DNA of 64,000 nucleotides from Eledone cirrhosa (lineage: Eukaryota): assembly GCA_964016885.1 (NCBI GenBank), contig OZ024752.1, forward strand, positions 22,568,001 through 22,632,000. The letters are read 5' to 3'. Positions 1 through 13,423 of the stretch are shown here, in pieces. Every line of letters begins with the position of its first letter. The first letter of the stretch is position 1. The position numbers and the translations under genes are program-made. Below the pieces are notes generated by a model that was given only the letters and a program-made list of their open reading frames with translations, was not told where the DNA came from and made no database searches.

Positions 1-379
1 ATAACAAGATGGTCAGCAGTGAAATAAAAAAAGTGTATAATAAATCAGAAGGCGTTTTGATTGAAAACAAACAGGAATTTATTAAGTCAAGTGACAAGCA
101 TGACTAATGCAGAATATGTGACAGTAGGAAATAATGTTCAAGTCCATGAGTGTTGCAAATATTAGCTTCCAGTTATTCACATTGAAGAAGTAAAATCCTT
201 GCTTCGTATTTAAGAATAATGTCCTGGGTTGCTGTTGCTACTGTTTGTGTTCAAAGGAGTCGCAAAGACCATGTCTGGACGGTGTGGAAATTCAGCGGCG
301 ACTAACAAAGTCTTGGCGCTTCTTTTATCCTTGGGCGGAAGTGACGTCACTAATGTGCTTTGCGCATGTATCCATTATA

Positions 380-1130
380 CCTTCTGAGGTTTCTAGGGTT
401 GAGTAGTAGCTAACATAATTGAGGTTTTCATTTAATTCACGGCAAAGGCCTGAGTTGAGGTTTAACGTTACGTCTAGGTAGTTAACTACTCTATTATTAT
501 TTTCTATTTCAAGTTTAAGACCATAATTATTTAAAAAATCTATTATTATTTTTTTTTCCTATTAAGGGCGCTATTATTATGGTTAATTAAGGTAAAAAGA
601 GCATCATCACGGTACAAACTTCCGCCAAGTTCAGGTAATCTTCTGTGAATTAGGTTAAGAATGAAAACTCCAACAAGGTAAGTGACCTGAACCAAGTCTT
701 TGGAACCCATGATGATGTCAAAATTTCCAGGTCGATCAGCTCTAGTCCATAATTCTCTATTGAAATCAATTATCGTTTTCCTAGCCGTAAGAATGATCTT
801 AACTTCCTTGCTAGAAAGATCAGTATATTTCATTGCATCAGTTAAGGCTCTATTTATTAGTGTTGGTGAAATAGAAGAGTAGTAACTAGTTATATCCAAT
901 TGTATAAATTTAATCAAGTTTTTTATTTTGAAGATCAGTGAATCAATCAATAACCTCATTGGTTCCATTCCATAATTTAAGTTGAGCAGCTTTAATGTTG
1001 GTATGATTCTGTCTAGAATGTTCTAGAATGTTCTTACTTATAATTCCTAGATCAGATTTAGATGGTGCTATAAGTCTAACAGGTAGTTCTGATTCAAAGT
1101 TATTTTTATGATCCTTCATATTTATTTATT
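380..1130 (-). mobile_element. Penelope-like element RT fragment (Naiad-like), decayed
   Basis: ORF 546..968 has IQLDITSYYSSISP, FDIIMGS and LYRDDAL, matching the PLE at 40.1-42.2 kb. Boundaries are approximate. Confidence 0.75.
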
Positions 1131-1138
1131 TTTCATTG

Positions 1139-1140
<2 letters not shown>

Positions 1141-1223
<83 letters not shown>

Positions 1224-1255
1224 TTGTTCAATGAAAAATAAATTTTACCCACCCT

Positions 1256-1297
<42 letters not shown>
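1141..1297. repeat. (CA)n and (TA)n microsatellites
   Basis: Seen directly. The (CA)n tract is flanked by an 18-bp inverted repeat atttatttttcattgaac / gttcaatgaaaaataaat. Confidence 0.95.
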
Positions 1298-1303
<6 letters not shown>

Positions 1304-1732
1304 AATGTGAAATGGGCGAAAATTGTCTGAGTCGTGTCTGGATACAGACAAAGGGGTAGTACCAATGCTCTGATTGCCATGAAAATTTACACATTAATGT
1401 AAAAGGTGCCGCGGAAGCGATAGGTCTACTTGGGGTTCTCTAAATTTTTCTATCGATTTTACCTCCCTATAGTTTCTTAGCTTTACTCTCTCCGTCGCTC
1501 TTCCCTCTCTCTATAATAGATCATTCCCCCTCTCTATAATTTAACTACTTTACTCTCTCTGTCGCTCTTCACTCCCTATATGACAACACTGCAGAGAGAT
1601 ATAGGCCGTTAGACAGAGGGAGATACAATTAACGTGTTAGATATTCAGAGAGAGAGAGACAGAGAGGGACCAGCAAACTTTAGTTAACGTTCAGTCACGT
1701 GTTATATATCTTTGGTCTGTCGTCACTCGCAT

Positions 1733-1771
<39 letters not shown>

Positions 1772-4700
1772 ACACGATACTTATATAAAGCTGAGCGTCG
1801 TGTGTATGCATGTATCCTACACACCTCCCTATACTATTTAACCTAAAATACTTTTATATCCATCTCTTAGTGAAGCATTTCCAATTCATTATACGTAAAC
1901 AATGACATTAATTTTTCGCTTTTAGCTTAGCATTTTACATTCAATGCCTTCCTTTTTTAATGCAACTTTTTATTGAAACGACTACGAGCTCTCAGTGGTT
2001 CAGTATTTAACCTAAAATACTTTTACACTGCTTCTATAGTATCGTTATACGATATGCCTAACCGAAAACGACCAGTATTTTCTTCTAAACGAAATAAAGC
2101 CCTTAGATTGCGAAGAATGGAGGCGCGTGCGCAGGTACGTTTTTTTATCGATATCCTTTGTTTTTTTTGCTTCTTTTATCTCCATAAAAATATTATTTCT
2201 GTTTTGAGAAGTTGTAAAACAGCGCACTCGACATCAACGCTCACGTCTCAACGAGACTCCGGAGGCAAGGGAAGAAAGGCTGGCAGATGGACGGCGTAAA
2301 CGTCAAGAAAAAGGGACACTTTTTGCTTAAAAGCTGGCTTTAACTACAATCCTTCTGATGATTACACCAATCACCCAGATTTGGCTCTTGGAAAAATGGA
2401 TAAGGTATGTCAGTCCTGTGGGGCTAAGAAGTGGGTCGGTGAGGCTCCAGGTCTTTGCTGTTCCGGGGGCAAAGTTCGACTTCAGGCGCTGGCTGATCCT
2501 CCTGATTTGCTGCAAAATCTTCTCATTGGTAACTCTGACCACGGAGTGAAGTTTTGCAAAAATATTTGGAGATACTATTCATGCTTCGCTATGACATCAT
2601 TTGGTGTAAGGGATGGCAGAAACAACAAAAAGAACAACAACAGCAACAACACCGGTGTCGCCAGCAATTGTGACAACAACGAAGAAAGAAAGAAAGAAAA
2701 ACTTTACACCTACAAAATTCAAGGTCAGTGTTACCACCTAATAGGAAGCCTTCGCCCACAGTTAGGCGAGGAGCCTAAATTCCACCAGGTATTCTTCATG
2801 GGCGGGAATGATGAGGAAGTTTCCCAAAGATGAAAGATCAATTCATCTGTTAACGGGAACATTGTTGCGGAATTTCAAAGTATGCTCCATGCAACCCATC
2901 CATACGTCCGTGACTTGAAGAGTGCTTTGGAGCTTTTGGACTCTAGACATGAGATGAAATTGATCATCAGAGCTGACCTGCGGGTGGGCATCCTGGATGT
3001 TTCAATGCTCCAACTACCAACGAGGTAGCAGCAATCATGGTTGACGAAAATCATGGTGCGCGTGACATCATCATTCAGCATCGCAATAACAGACTGACAT
3101 TCGTTGCAGAAACCCATCGGTCGTATGATTGCTTGCAGTACCCTCTTCTTTTTCCCTACGTCGAAGACGACTACAACTTCGAAATTCCCACAATTGATCC
3201 GAAAAGTCTTGCTGCTTTACCAAAGAAAGTTTCCAGCATGGATTTTTATGCATACCGACTCATGATCAGAGACGGTCAATTAAACCAACTACTTGGGTTC
3301 AAAGAGGTGACAAACCAGTTCTTGGTTGATATGTACGCAAAGATTGAAGCGGAACGTCTTCTGTACATAAGTACCCATCAAAAAGAACTAAGAGGGGTTC
3401 ATTACGCTCATCTTAAGGATGCTTTGCAGCGTGACGGTGACGCAACCAATGTTGGGCATCAGGTGATCCTTCCTTCAAGCTTTAGTGGCTCACCCCGGTA
3501 CATGCATAAACGGACACAGGATGCCATGGCGTATGTCCGTAAGTTTGGGCGGCCGGATCTTTTTATTACCTTCACATATAACCCTAATTGGGTGGAGATT
3601 AAGGAGAATTTATTCGCGGGCCAGGTGACGAGTGACAGGCATGATATTACAGTCAGAGTCTTCCACGGAAAGTTGAAGAAACTAATGTGCTTGCTGAAAG
3701 ATAAGGCCATCTACGGACAACTCAATGCTTGGATGTATACTGTGGAATGGCGTCTTCCACACGCACATATTCTTATTTGGTGCAAAGAACGAATCAGACC
3801 TACGGACATTGATCGCGTTATATGTGCAGAGTTGCCCGATCCCCAAATTGATTTGCAGCTTTACAACATTGTGCTGGCTAATATGATACATGGACCCTGT
3901 GGTGCCCTTAACAGCCAAAATTCATGCATGGAGGGGAACAAGTGCACCAAACACTACCCCAGAGAAACTTGCACTGGGGTTGATGGCTACCCCATCTACT
4001 GGAGGCGTGCTCCCGATTTTGGCGGCCTTTCAGCTAGGATTAAGAAGAAAGGGAAAGAATACGACATTGACAACAGCTGGGTGGTGCCTTACAGCCCTTT
4101 GCTTGCTAAAATGTTTAATGCTCACATCAATATGGAGTCCTGCACATCTGTTAAAAGCATTAAATACATCAACAAAGGCGGTGGTTGGCCTCAGTGATGG
4201 CGTAGAATCAAAAGACGAAATTACTCAGTTCATGATGGGAAGATACATTTCATCCAATATGGTGGCTTGGCACGTTTTGGGACTTGAAATTCACAGGTGC
4301 TCTCCAGCAGTTGTTAACTTGGATGTTCACTTAAAGAATGGTCAACATGTTTATTTCACTGAGGAAACCACATCAGCTGCTGCCGAAAAGCCACCTGAGA
4401 CGACGCTTACAGCATTTTTTAAGCTATGTTCTGTCGATACGTTTGCAGTTACCCTTTTTTACGTCGATGTACCTACCTACTTCACTTGGTCGAACAAAAA
4501 ATGGCATCGGCGATGACAAGGGGAAAAAGTTGAGGATTGGGTAGGTGTCTTCAGAAGTAATGCCATCAGACATGTGAACAATGTTCATCCGAAGCAACAA
4601 GAATGCTTTTTCCTGCGAATGTTGCTGCATCAAATCAAAGGCCCAAGTCATTCGCCGACCTAAGACTTTTCGATGGCCACATTTGTTCCAGTTACAGGGA

Positions 4701-6587
4701 CGCGTGAGCTACTCGAGGATGATGCCCACCTGAACGTGGCGTTGACAGAGGCTGCTGAATGTAAGATGCCTCGAGAAATGAGACGTCTGTTTTGCATAAT
4801 GCTATTGATCTGCGGCATAGGTGAGCCCCTTAAGCTTTGGGAAACACATAAGGACAACATGTCAGAGGACATCCTCTGTAGACTACGAGCAGAAGATCCA
4901 GCGGCTGGCTTTGCTTTCAACGATGCGGTGTTCAATGAGGCCCTCATCGACATGGACAACCATCTTAAAGCTCTTGGAGTTGGCGGGGTATCTGATTTCG
5001 GTTTGCCACAACCTCAAAACACTCAGTGCTTTAGATGTGGAGTTCATGCGTGAGTTAAATTACATCGACGATGACACATCAGGTAGCTCAGGACGAACCC
5101 AGACTTTTGCATGACCAGAGATGGGCATATGACAGAATTCTCTCCAGTGTCAATTCAAATGAGGGACGGCTATTTTTCCTGGATGTTCCTGGCGGAACAG
5201 GAAAAACTTTTCTCATCAACCTTTTTCTTGCGAAGCTACGAAAAGATAAGCGGATTGCTTTAGCGGTCACCTCCAGTGGTATTGCAGCACACTGTTACAT
5301 GGCAGTCGTACGGCACACTCCGCATTCAAATTGCCTTTGGACATTGCAAAGAAGGAGAATCCTACATGTAGAATAGATCCTGGCGACCCTAAAGCACATC
5401 TTCTTTCTGAGTGCTGCCTGATCATATGGGACGAGGCTACCATGAGTCACAAGGCGGCCTTTGAGGCTCTGGATCGAACTCTCAAGGACTTGCGTCGGAA
5501 CTCACGCGTCATGGGTGGAACGACAGTACTGCTGGCTGGCGATTTCTGACAGACTCTTCCTGTTATCACTAGAGGCACTAGAGCTGATGAAGTGAACGCA
5601 TGCATCAAGTCGTCCTACGTATGGCAGTATGTCCACAAACTACATCTGACAACCAACATGAGAGTGCATGTGCATGGTGACGCAGACTCCATCGATTTCT
5701 CAAAACATCTACTGGAAGTTGGTAATAGAACTACACCTGGAGTGGATGAAGAGCATATCCGTTTGCCTTTTGGGAACTTTGTGTCAAACATTGATGAATT
5801 AATGTCATCTGTATTTCCAGACCTTGAATCACGATTCCATGATCACACCTGGCTGAAAGTGAGAGCTATTTTGGCACCACACAATGCCACTGTTGAAGTG
5901 ATGAACCAAAAACTACTTGATCAGATTCCCGGAAATGAAGTCTCCTTCAAGTCGATTGACACCAATAAAAACGTGGACGTCATCTACCCAATTGAATTCC
6001 ACAACAGTCAACTACCTCCAGGACTTCTTCCTCATGATCTGAAACTGAAGGTTGGTGTGCCAGTTATGCTGCTGAGAAACCTGGATGTACCAGAACTATG
6101 CAACGGAACGCGTTTAATCATAAAAAAAATAAGGACCAAAATTCTGGAAACAACCATTTTGAGCGGACCCACTGCTGGCGTGACCAGGTTAATTACCCCT
6201 ATGAGCTTTAGTCCCTCTGACGTCCCCTATGAATTTATGCGACGGTAGTTTCCCATAAAACTCTGCTTTGCAATGAGCATTAACAAAACAAGGACAATCG
6301 CTGCAAGTGGTTGGCCTAAATCTAACACAGCAGGTATTTGCCCATGGTCAACTATACGTCGGATGCTCCTGCGTCGGTAGTCCACACAATCTCTTCATTT
6401 GTGGTAACCCGGGCAACACCAGGAACGTTGTCTACAAAGAAGCCCTGCAATAACATCTTTGAACCCTACTCCACCCAACGTCTCTCTGTGAAACCACTCT
6501 CTTCACGTCCCTCCTCAACTTATTAACTTAATAAAAAGTGGCCCCGAGTACCCCCCCCCCCCCGAGTGCAACTGGGCTCAGCTGCTA

Positions 6588-6588
<1 letters not shown>
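1291..6588 (+). mobile_element. Helitron, full-length but decayed
   Basis: 3' hairpin cccgagtgcaactggg followed by CTAG at 6585-6588 and then T. The 5' end tatataaatgtgaaatg lies in a TA tract (approximate). Contains RepHel coding remnants. Confidence 0.9.
2054..6453 (+). pseudogene. Helitron RepHel (Zn finger, HUH Rep, PIF1-like helicase) with frameshifts and stops
   Basis: CQSCGA..CC finger; Rep motifs PDLFITFT, LPHAHIL, KYINKG; helicase motifs GGTGKT, IIWDEATM, LLAGDF, VMLLRNL..LCNGTRL, FAHGQLYV; ends RNVVYKEALQ*. Confidence 0.92.
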
Positions 6589-6633
<45 letters not shown>

Positions 6634-7328
6634 CCATATATCGTTTGAGAAACATAGTATTTTGCATACATAAAGCAAATATTTAGTAAAATATACATAC
6701 TTTAAGGTGGAAAAGCCTTTTATTATTTGCTTTATATATATGTACAAAATACTATGTTTTTCTCAAACTCTCTCTCTCTCTATATATATATATCTATACA
6801 CACACACACACATAATATGTATATAGCTTTTAATTTGAATTATTGATGCTCTGAACCAAGGCCCATTGATCATTTTTATTAAGAAACATAATCATCATAC
6901 ATATTATATATGTATTGATACCATAGTATATACTTCGGTTTTTGTATTTGTTATGCACGATTTCTTATCTAAAAACGTGTGTTGAAACAGATATTGGGAG
7001 GGAGATGTTGCCAATAAAAGCACACACACTTGTTGATTTTCACTTCAGTATATTATAAACTTCCAGTTAATTAGTTTAATAACTAGATGGTTGTTTAATT
7101 GTTTATCGTCAAAGCTCTTTCATCACACATTCTGTGGCCTCCTCAGAGACTAATTTGTTATTTTGTGTCTCTCCTTTATTCTGTCTTACACCATCTTGTT
7201 TCTGTGAGGTGTGTGCTCCCTCAGTTATGACGAGTCTTCCAGTTGATATGATCACCTCAACAGAACAGCCAGTTCGTGAAATTAATGTGCAAATGGCTGA
7301 GCATTCCACAGATATGCATACTATTAAC

Positions 7329-7500
7329 GTATGCAGGGTGAGGCAGCACTTCCAGCCCCTCAAGTTTACACTTGGTCACATTAAGCCTGGTCATTGATCA
7401 GTTCATGAGAAACTTCTTGACTGTGTCTGTTCACAAGGCTGAGCTGATGGAGGTGTCAACTGATGGTGCTTTGTGAAAGACCAAATTCTGCTAACAATGT
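7329..7500 (-). mobile_element. Internally deleted mariner-like transposase remnant
   Basis: Minus-strand translation gives FGLSQSTIS*HLHQLSLVNRHSQEVSHEL (WVPHEL-like), then LEVLPHPAY (upstream half of the HPPYSPDL motif). Confidence 0.5.
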
Positions 7501-7625
7501 AGAAGTGCTTGTGCTTGGCTGTTGATATAAGGTTGGGAGGACTCTTTGATTTGGTTAAGCATGTTACAGCCTTACTAGTGCTGATGCTACAATAAAATAT
7601 ACCCAGTCCAATCTGTAAAGTGTGA

Positions 7626-7686
7626 GGGCATATGGCCTAGTGATAAGGGTGTTGGACTTATGATCATAATATCATGGGTTCGATTC
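7626..7686 (+). mobile_element. tRNA-derived SINE head fragment
   Basis: A-box-like tggcctagtgat and B-box ggttcgattc. Confidence 0.55.
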
Positions 7687-7779
7687 AGAAAATTACTAAT
7701 ACATAAATATGAACATACACATATGTATATAGGAACATAGAGACACACACAAAATAATGATGTAGATACGAGTCGAATA

Positions 7780-8063
7780 TCATGAAATATTTATTTTAAT
7801 CATTGGTTCTAAAACATCAGTAAATTGGTCAGAAAATTGTTTATCAGAAAACTTTTCTATATGTGAGCGCGCATTTTTACGGATATTCATTTTCTCATTT
7901 TCAGGCAAATCAAATATTGTTTTCATAGCATCTGCATAACTATCCACATCTGAGGCTAGAAAACCTGTTTTATTTCCATCATGTTGCACAACAATATCCA
8001 TTTTGGGTCCGCCAGAGTCATGAGCTAAAATTATTGTCCCAGCAGCCATGCACTCTACAACTC
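7780..8063 (-). CDS. ALG11: ALG11 last coding exon
   Basis: Acceptor ttaacag|GA; a phase-1 join restores EHFGIG-VVECMAAG; AHDSGGPKMDIV; TGA stop at 7780-7782. Confidence 0.93.
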
Positions 8064-8650
8064 CTGTTAAAAAACAAAACAACATTTGATAATACAGTAT
8101 ACTATAAAATATAAAAGGTTTCATCGTACACCCACAACCTGATTCATCATCGTTTAACGTCAATCTTCCACAGCATATGGATGCAGTAGAATTTTGACAC
8201 TTTATCTCTTTTAGTACCAAATCACATGAAACTCTCCTTCTATGATAAAATACTAAAGTACAGAAATTTTATAACTGTCAAAGATATGACAACCTCTCTA
8301 GTGTTCATACCATGATAAACCCAGTACACTCTGTAGAATATTAGAATATACAAATGAATGTAAGCAGAATGAAACCAAGCAAAAATGGATTGTATGAGCA
8401 AAATGTCATCTTACGTATCTAGCTTTATAATGTGATAGCCTACCTAAACACATGTATATAGTCAGTGATGATGATAATGATACTTATTATGATATAGATA
8501 TCATCACCGTTTAACGTCCATGCTAGCATGGGTTAGACAAGTAGCCCCATTGTGAGACACACACACATTTAACTTATCTGATTTTCTTATTAAAAAAATC
8601 TCTGTAGTGTCCTAAATATCATCCACCTCCTTCATAACTAATGTTCTCTA

Positions 8651-9353
8651 CAGTGTCACCTCCACTACTAAATGTCACATATATACAGTGCCACCTCCAC
8701 TAGTAAATATGTCACATATATACAGTGTCACCTCCACTAGTAAATATGTCATATATAGTGTCACCTCTACTAGTAAATATGTCATATATACAGTGTCACC
8801 TCTACTAGTAAATATGCCACGTATATATAGTGTCACCTCCACTAGTAAATATGTCACATATATACAGTGTCACCTCCACTAGTAAATATGTCACATATAT
8901 ACAGTGTCACCTCCAGTAGTAAATATGTCACATATATAGTGTCACCTCCACTAGTAAATATGTCACATATATACAGTGTCACCTCCAGTAGTAAATATGT
9001 CACATATATAGTGTCACCTCCACTAGTAAATATGTCACATATATAGTGTCACCTCTACTAGTAAATATGTCACATATATAGAGTGTCACCTCCACTAGAA
9101 AATATGTCACATATATAGTGTCACCTCCACTAGTAAATATGTCATATATACAGTGTCACCTCTACTAGTAAATATGTCATATATACAGTGTCACCTCTAC
9201 TAGTAAATATGTCACATATATAGTGTCACCTCTACTAGTAAATATGTCACATATATACAATGTCACCTCCACTAGTAAATATGTCACATATATATAGTGT
9301 CATCTCCACTAGTAAATGTCTCATATATACAGTGTCACCTCCACTAGTAAATA
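8651..9353. repeat. 33-37 bp minisatellite, left part, in ALG11 intron
   Basis: Tandem unit cagtgtcacctccactagtaaatatgtcacatatata. Confidence 0.95.
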
Positions 9354-9354
9354 A

Positions 9355-10741
9355 GCACAACTAATTAGAGAAAGGGTCAAACTAGATGAGATGCAGTTTG
9401 GTTTTGTGCCTGGGAAGAGTACAACAGATGCCCTCTTCTTGGTGAGACAATTGCAAGAGAGGTTCTTAGAGAAGAATAAGCCACTATACTTAGCCTTTGT
9501 TGACCTAGAGAAGGCCTTTGATAGGGTACCCCGATCTGTCATCTGGTGGTCCCTAAGGAAGCTAGGTGTTGAGGAATGGCTTGAGGACAGTGCAAACTTT
9601 GTACAGAAGTACTCTCAGTAAAGTCAGGGTAGGAATGGAGTTTAGTGAGGAATTCCAGATACAAGTAGGAGTACATCAGGGTTCGGTCCTCAGCCCGCTC
9701 TTGTTTATTATAGTCCTCCAAGCCATAACAGAGAAGTTTAAGACTGGCTGTCCATGGGAACTTCTCTATGCTGACGATCTGGTTCTTATAGCAGAATCAG
9801 TAGAGGAGCTAGAGAATAAATTCTGGCTATGGAAACAGCAGTTGGAAGCAAGAGGACTGAGAGTGAATCTAGCTAAGACAAAAGTGTTGATGAGTAGAAA
9901 AGAGGACAAAACCCTGATTCCGTCAGGGAAATGGCCATGTTCGATATGCAGAAAAGGAACTGGCATAAATTCTATAAAATGCACACAATGCAGATCCTGG
10001 GTACACAAGAGATGTAACGGGATAGCAGGCAAACTAACAGGTAGGGAGAAATATGTATGCAGTAGATGTACAGGGAAATTAGACAGTAGAAGTCGCATTG
10101 ATAGACACATTTTTCAAATGCAGGAGGGCGCTATAGAAGTGGTGGATAGCTTCCGGTACCTAGGAGATCAGATTAGCATGGGAGGAGGGTGTTCCGAGGC
10201 CATAGTATCTAGAATAAGGACGGGTTGGAAGAAGTTTAGGGAGCTGCTTCCTCTGTTGACGAAGAAGGGTTTCTCCCTGCGTTCGAAAGGCCGGTTGTAT
10301 GATGCCTGTGTGAGGAGCGCGATGTTGCATGGTAGTGAGACATGGGCAGCAACTGCAGAGGATATGCGACGGCTGGAGAGAAATGAGGCAAGCATGCTCC
10401 GTTGGATGTGCAGTGTAAATGTGCGTGAACGACCCAGCATAAATGTGTTGAGAGAGAAACTGTGTCTGAGAGGGATAGAATGTAGTGTACGGGCGAGGAG
10501 ACTGAGGTGGTATGGAGGATGACCGATGGGTGAAGAAGTGCCAGGAAATGCCAGTTGAAGGAAGACGTGGTAGAGGTAGACCACGAAAAACATGGGCAGA
10601 GGTGGTGAGAACAGACCTCAGATCATTGAAGCTTACGGTGGAGATGACGAAGGACCGTGATGAGTGGAAAGATGCTGTGCTGAATAAGACCCGTCCCACC
10701 CTTGCAAGCAGGGAAAAGCGGACGTAAAATGATGATGATGA
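9355..10741 (+). mobile_element. RTE-clade LINE family A, 5'-truncated, inserted in the minisatellite
   Basis: AFVDLEKAFDRV, GVHQGSVLSP, LYADDL, PHD-like finger; 3' tail gcaagcagggaaaagcggacgtaaaat(gat)n. Confidence 0.93.
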
Positions 10742-11318
10742 TATACCGTGTCACCTCCACTAGTAAATATGTCACCTCTACTAGTAAATATGTCACATAT
10801 ATACAGTGTCACCTCCACTAGTAAATATATCACATATATACAGTGTCACCTCCACTAGTAAATATGTCACATATATAGTGTCACCTCTACTAGTAAATAT
10901 GTCATATATATAGTGTCACCTCCACTAGTAAATATGTCACATATATACAGTGTCACCTCCACTAGTAAATATGTCACATATATAGTGTCACCTCTACTAG
11001 TAAATATGTCACATATATAGTGTCACCTCTACTAGTAAATATGTCACATATATACAGTGTCACCTCCACTAGTAAATATGTCACATATATAGTGTCACCT
11101 CTACTAGTAAATATGTCGTATATACAGTGTCACCTCCACTAGTAAATATGTCACATATATATAGTGTCACCTCCACTAATAAATATATCACATATATAGT
11201 GTCACCTCCTAGTGGAGGTGACTGTATACAAATATGTCACATATATACAATGTCACCTCCACTAGTAAATATGTCACATATATATAGTGTCACCTCCACT
11301 AGTAAATATGTCACATAA
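10742..11318. repeat. 33-37 bp minisatellite, right part
   Basis: Same unit as 8651-9353, with one locally inverted unit at about 11201-11230. Confidence 0.95.
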
Positions 11319-11903
11319 CTACTTATACAGTATGTCATCTCACAGAACAACCTATTAAACAAGCTTATGCACTACAAAATCACTAAGAATGGAAATCTAA
11401 CCATATGTTAACCCACATGTGACTCTATCCAGATAGCACTCATAACTGTTGAGACCTCAGTACAGACGGACCCTGTAAAATCAGCATGACAGCAGAGGAA
11501 GTAGCCCTGCTTGGTGGGGTGCCTGTTGCAGCAGGTGTCGCTGGCCATTTTGTAGGGTGCAGTCGAAACACGATTCTGACTTAGATGTAGAGTCTGTCAC
11601 CCTTTCCCTCTTTCTTTTGTCGTCTAATAATCCTTGCTCTTCCTCTCTTTTCCTCTCATTTATAGCATTTATAGTCCTTTCCAATACTACTTTCTATATG
11701 TTTGATTATCATCAGTTTTACGTCCATTTTTCCATGCTATCATGGGTCAGATGAGTTGTCCTGTTGTGGGCAATGCCAGTTCAGATGACCATTGTCTTGC
11801 TCATACAGAATAATAAAATTGAATGAAGACTAACTAAAACAAAAATATCAAGAGGGAACTTAGATCAACAACAACAAAAGAAAAAAGAAAGAAGACGTCT
11901 TAC

Positions 11904-12829
11904 CAATTCCGAAGTGTTCATTCCACATTGTGTGAAGACCAACTTCAGCTTCAGCTAATAATTGTTTTAAAACACTAAAAGAAACATTTAAGTGGAACTC
12001 AATATAGCTGTGAATACCAAGAATTAAAGCCAGTTCTTTTAGTTCTGCAACTCTTTTACTGTCTTCACTATCTCGGCAACTTCCAACTAGGTGTAATTTG
12101 TAGGATGAATGGGATTCACCAGGAATCTGGGTCAAAAATTTGGCAAATGATTTAATCTGTAATGGATGATCTTTTTCTGGGCGGAATTGACCGATAGAAA
12201 TAATAGAATGTTTTTCACAATCTCTTTGTAAAGGTATCTGGAGGAATTCAGTAACATCACAAGGAGGATATACAATTTTAGTGCCCGGGATCTTCCATAG
12301 AGATGAAATATGTCCATATGTCCACGAAGAATTGACCATGACAACTGAACTACATCTACCAACCAGAGAATATATCAATGCAAATATGTTATAGTATATA
12401 AGTTTTATACGACTCAATATTGGGTTTGAAGAAATTGAAGTTGAATTGTTGTAAGTAGCTGTCTGGTCAGTAATAAGACTAATCATATCTGTACTGATGG
12501 TTGGATAATGTACATAACAAGAGATCTGACTGCCACCTATATATCTAAACAGTGGAAAAGTAAAAGCATAACCCATACTATCACAGAACAAGTCAGGTAC
12601 AAATGAAAGGAGAGCTTCAAAACCAAGGATTAAAGAGCCTAAGCTTTGGCAGAAAAGAGTAAAATAAGGGTACATTTTTGCTTCAACATATTTTCGTTTT
12701 TTCAGGAAAACAAAATCAACTGGTTGGGAAAGTGATATGTTGAATCTCTGCTCAACACGATGAAGAATTTCTTGGCTGTTAATGTTGAGATCTCCAGTGT
12801 ATACAACACATGCTACCTTTGTACCATAC
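11904..12829 (-). CDS. ALG11: ALG11 central coding exon
   Basis: Acceptor ttcag|G, donor G|gtaag; motifs DSMGYAFT, YVHYPTISTDM, MVNSSWT, IGQFRPEKDH, GLHTMWNEHFGI. Confidence 0.95.
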
Positions 12830-12904
12830 CTGAATTGAGAAAAAGAAAATGTCAACTGATTAAAATTTAAAAACTTCTGAATTATATTTTACACTTAATC
12901 ATCA

Positions 12905-13070
12905 GCATCATCATCATCATTTAACGTTCATTTTCCACACTAGCATGGGTAGGATGGGCTGTCCTATTGAGAGATCCAGGTCGAAGGACCATGTTTCGCT
13001 CACACAGAATGATTTCGGCTTGGTTTCTATGGCTAGATGCCCTTCCTATTGCCAACCACATTTACAGTGG
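12905..13070 (-). mobile_element. Short RTE-tailed non-autonomous repeat (GGAAGGGCATCC module plus (GAT)n tail)
   Basis: (cat)n-ttaacgt..ctagcatggg..gatgcccttccta..ccaacc. Similar pieces occur at about 11705-11810, 13268-13320, 13717-13940, 26240-26530 and 33120-33475. Confidence 0.7.
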
Positions 13071-13423
13071 TTAAAAAAAAAAATGAAACACGAGACATAA
13101 ATTCAAAACTTACTTAACTTTATAAGTGTGATTTAACTATAGGCATGACTGTGTGGTTATGAAGTTTGCTGTGGAAACATGAGTGTGAGTATGCATGTGT
13201 GTGCCAGCAGTGACACTGTAGTTTGATGAATATTAGTGGTATATATAGCATACATAGAAATGAAGTATGGGTTGGAATCAGGAAGGGCATCCAACCGTAG
13301 AAAACCTGCCTCAAAAAAGTCTCATCCCTACATAACAATGAAATAGTCATGGCTTTGACAAAATTGAAGAGGTTTGGTAGGTTTTCTATGGCTGGATGCC
13401 ATCCATATGAAAATACAACTTAC

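Noticed and set aside
9766-10699. Antisense ORFs over RTE copies (also 30402-30836, 38174-38899 and others)
   Set aside because: These are shadow frames of the RT ORF, repeated only because the element is repeated.
8651-11318. CRISPR-like array (period about 35 bp)
   Set aside because: The units are contiguous with no unique spacers, there are no cas genes, and it lies in a eukaryotic intron.
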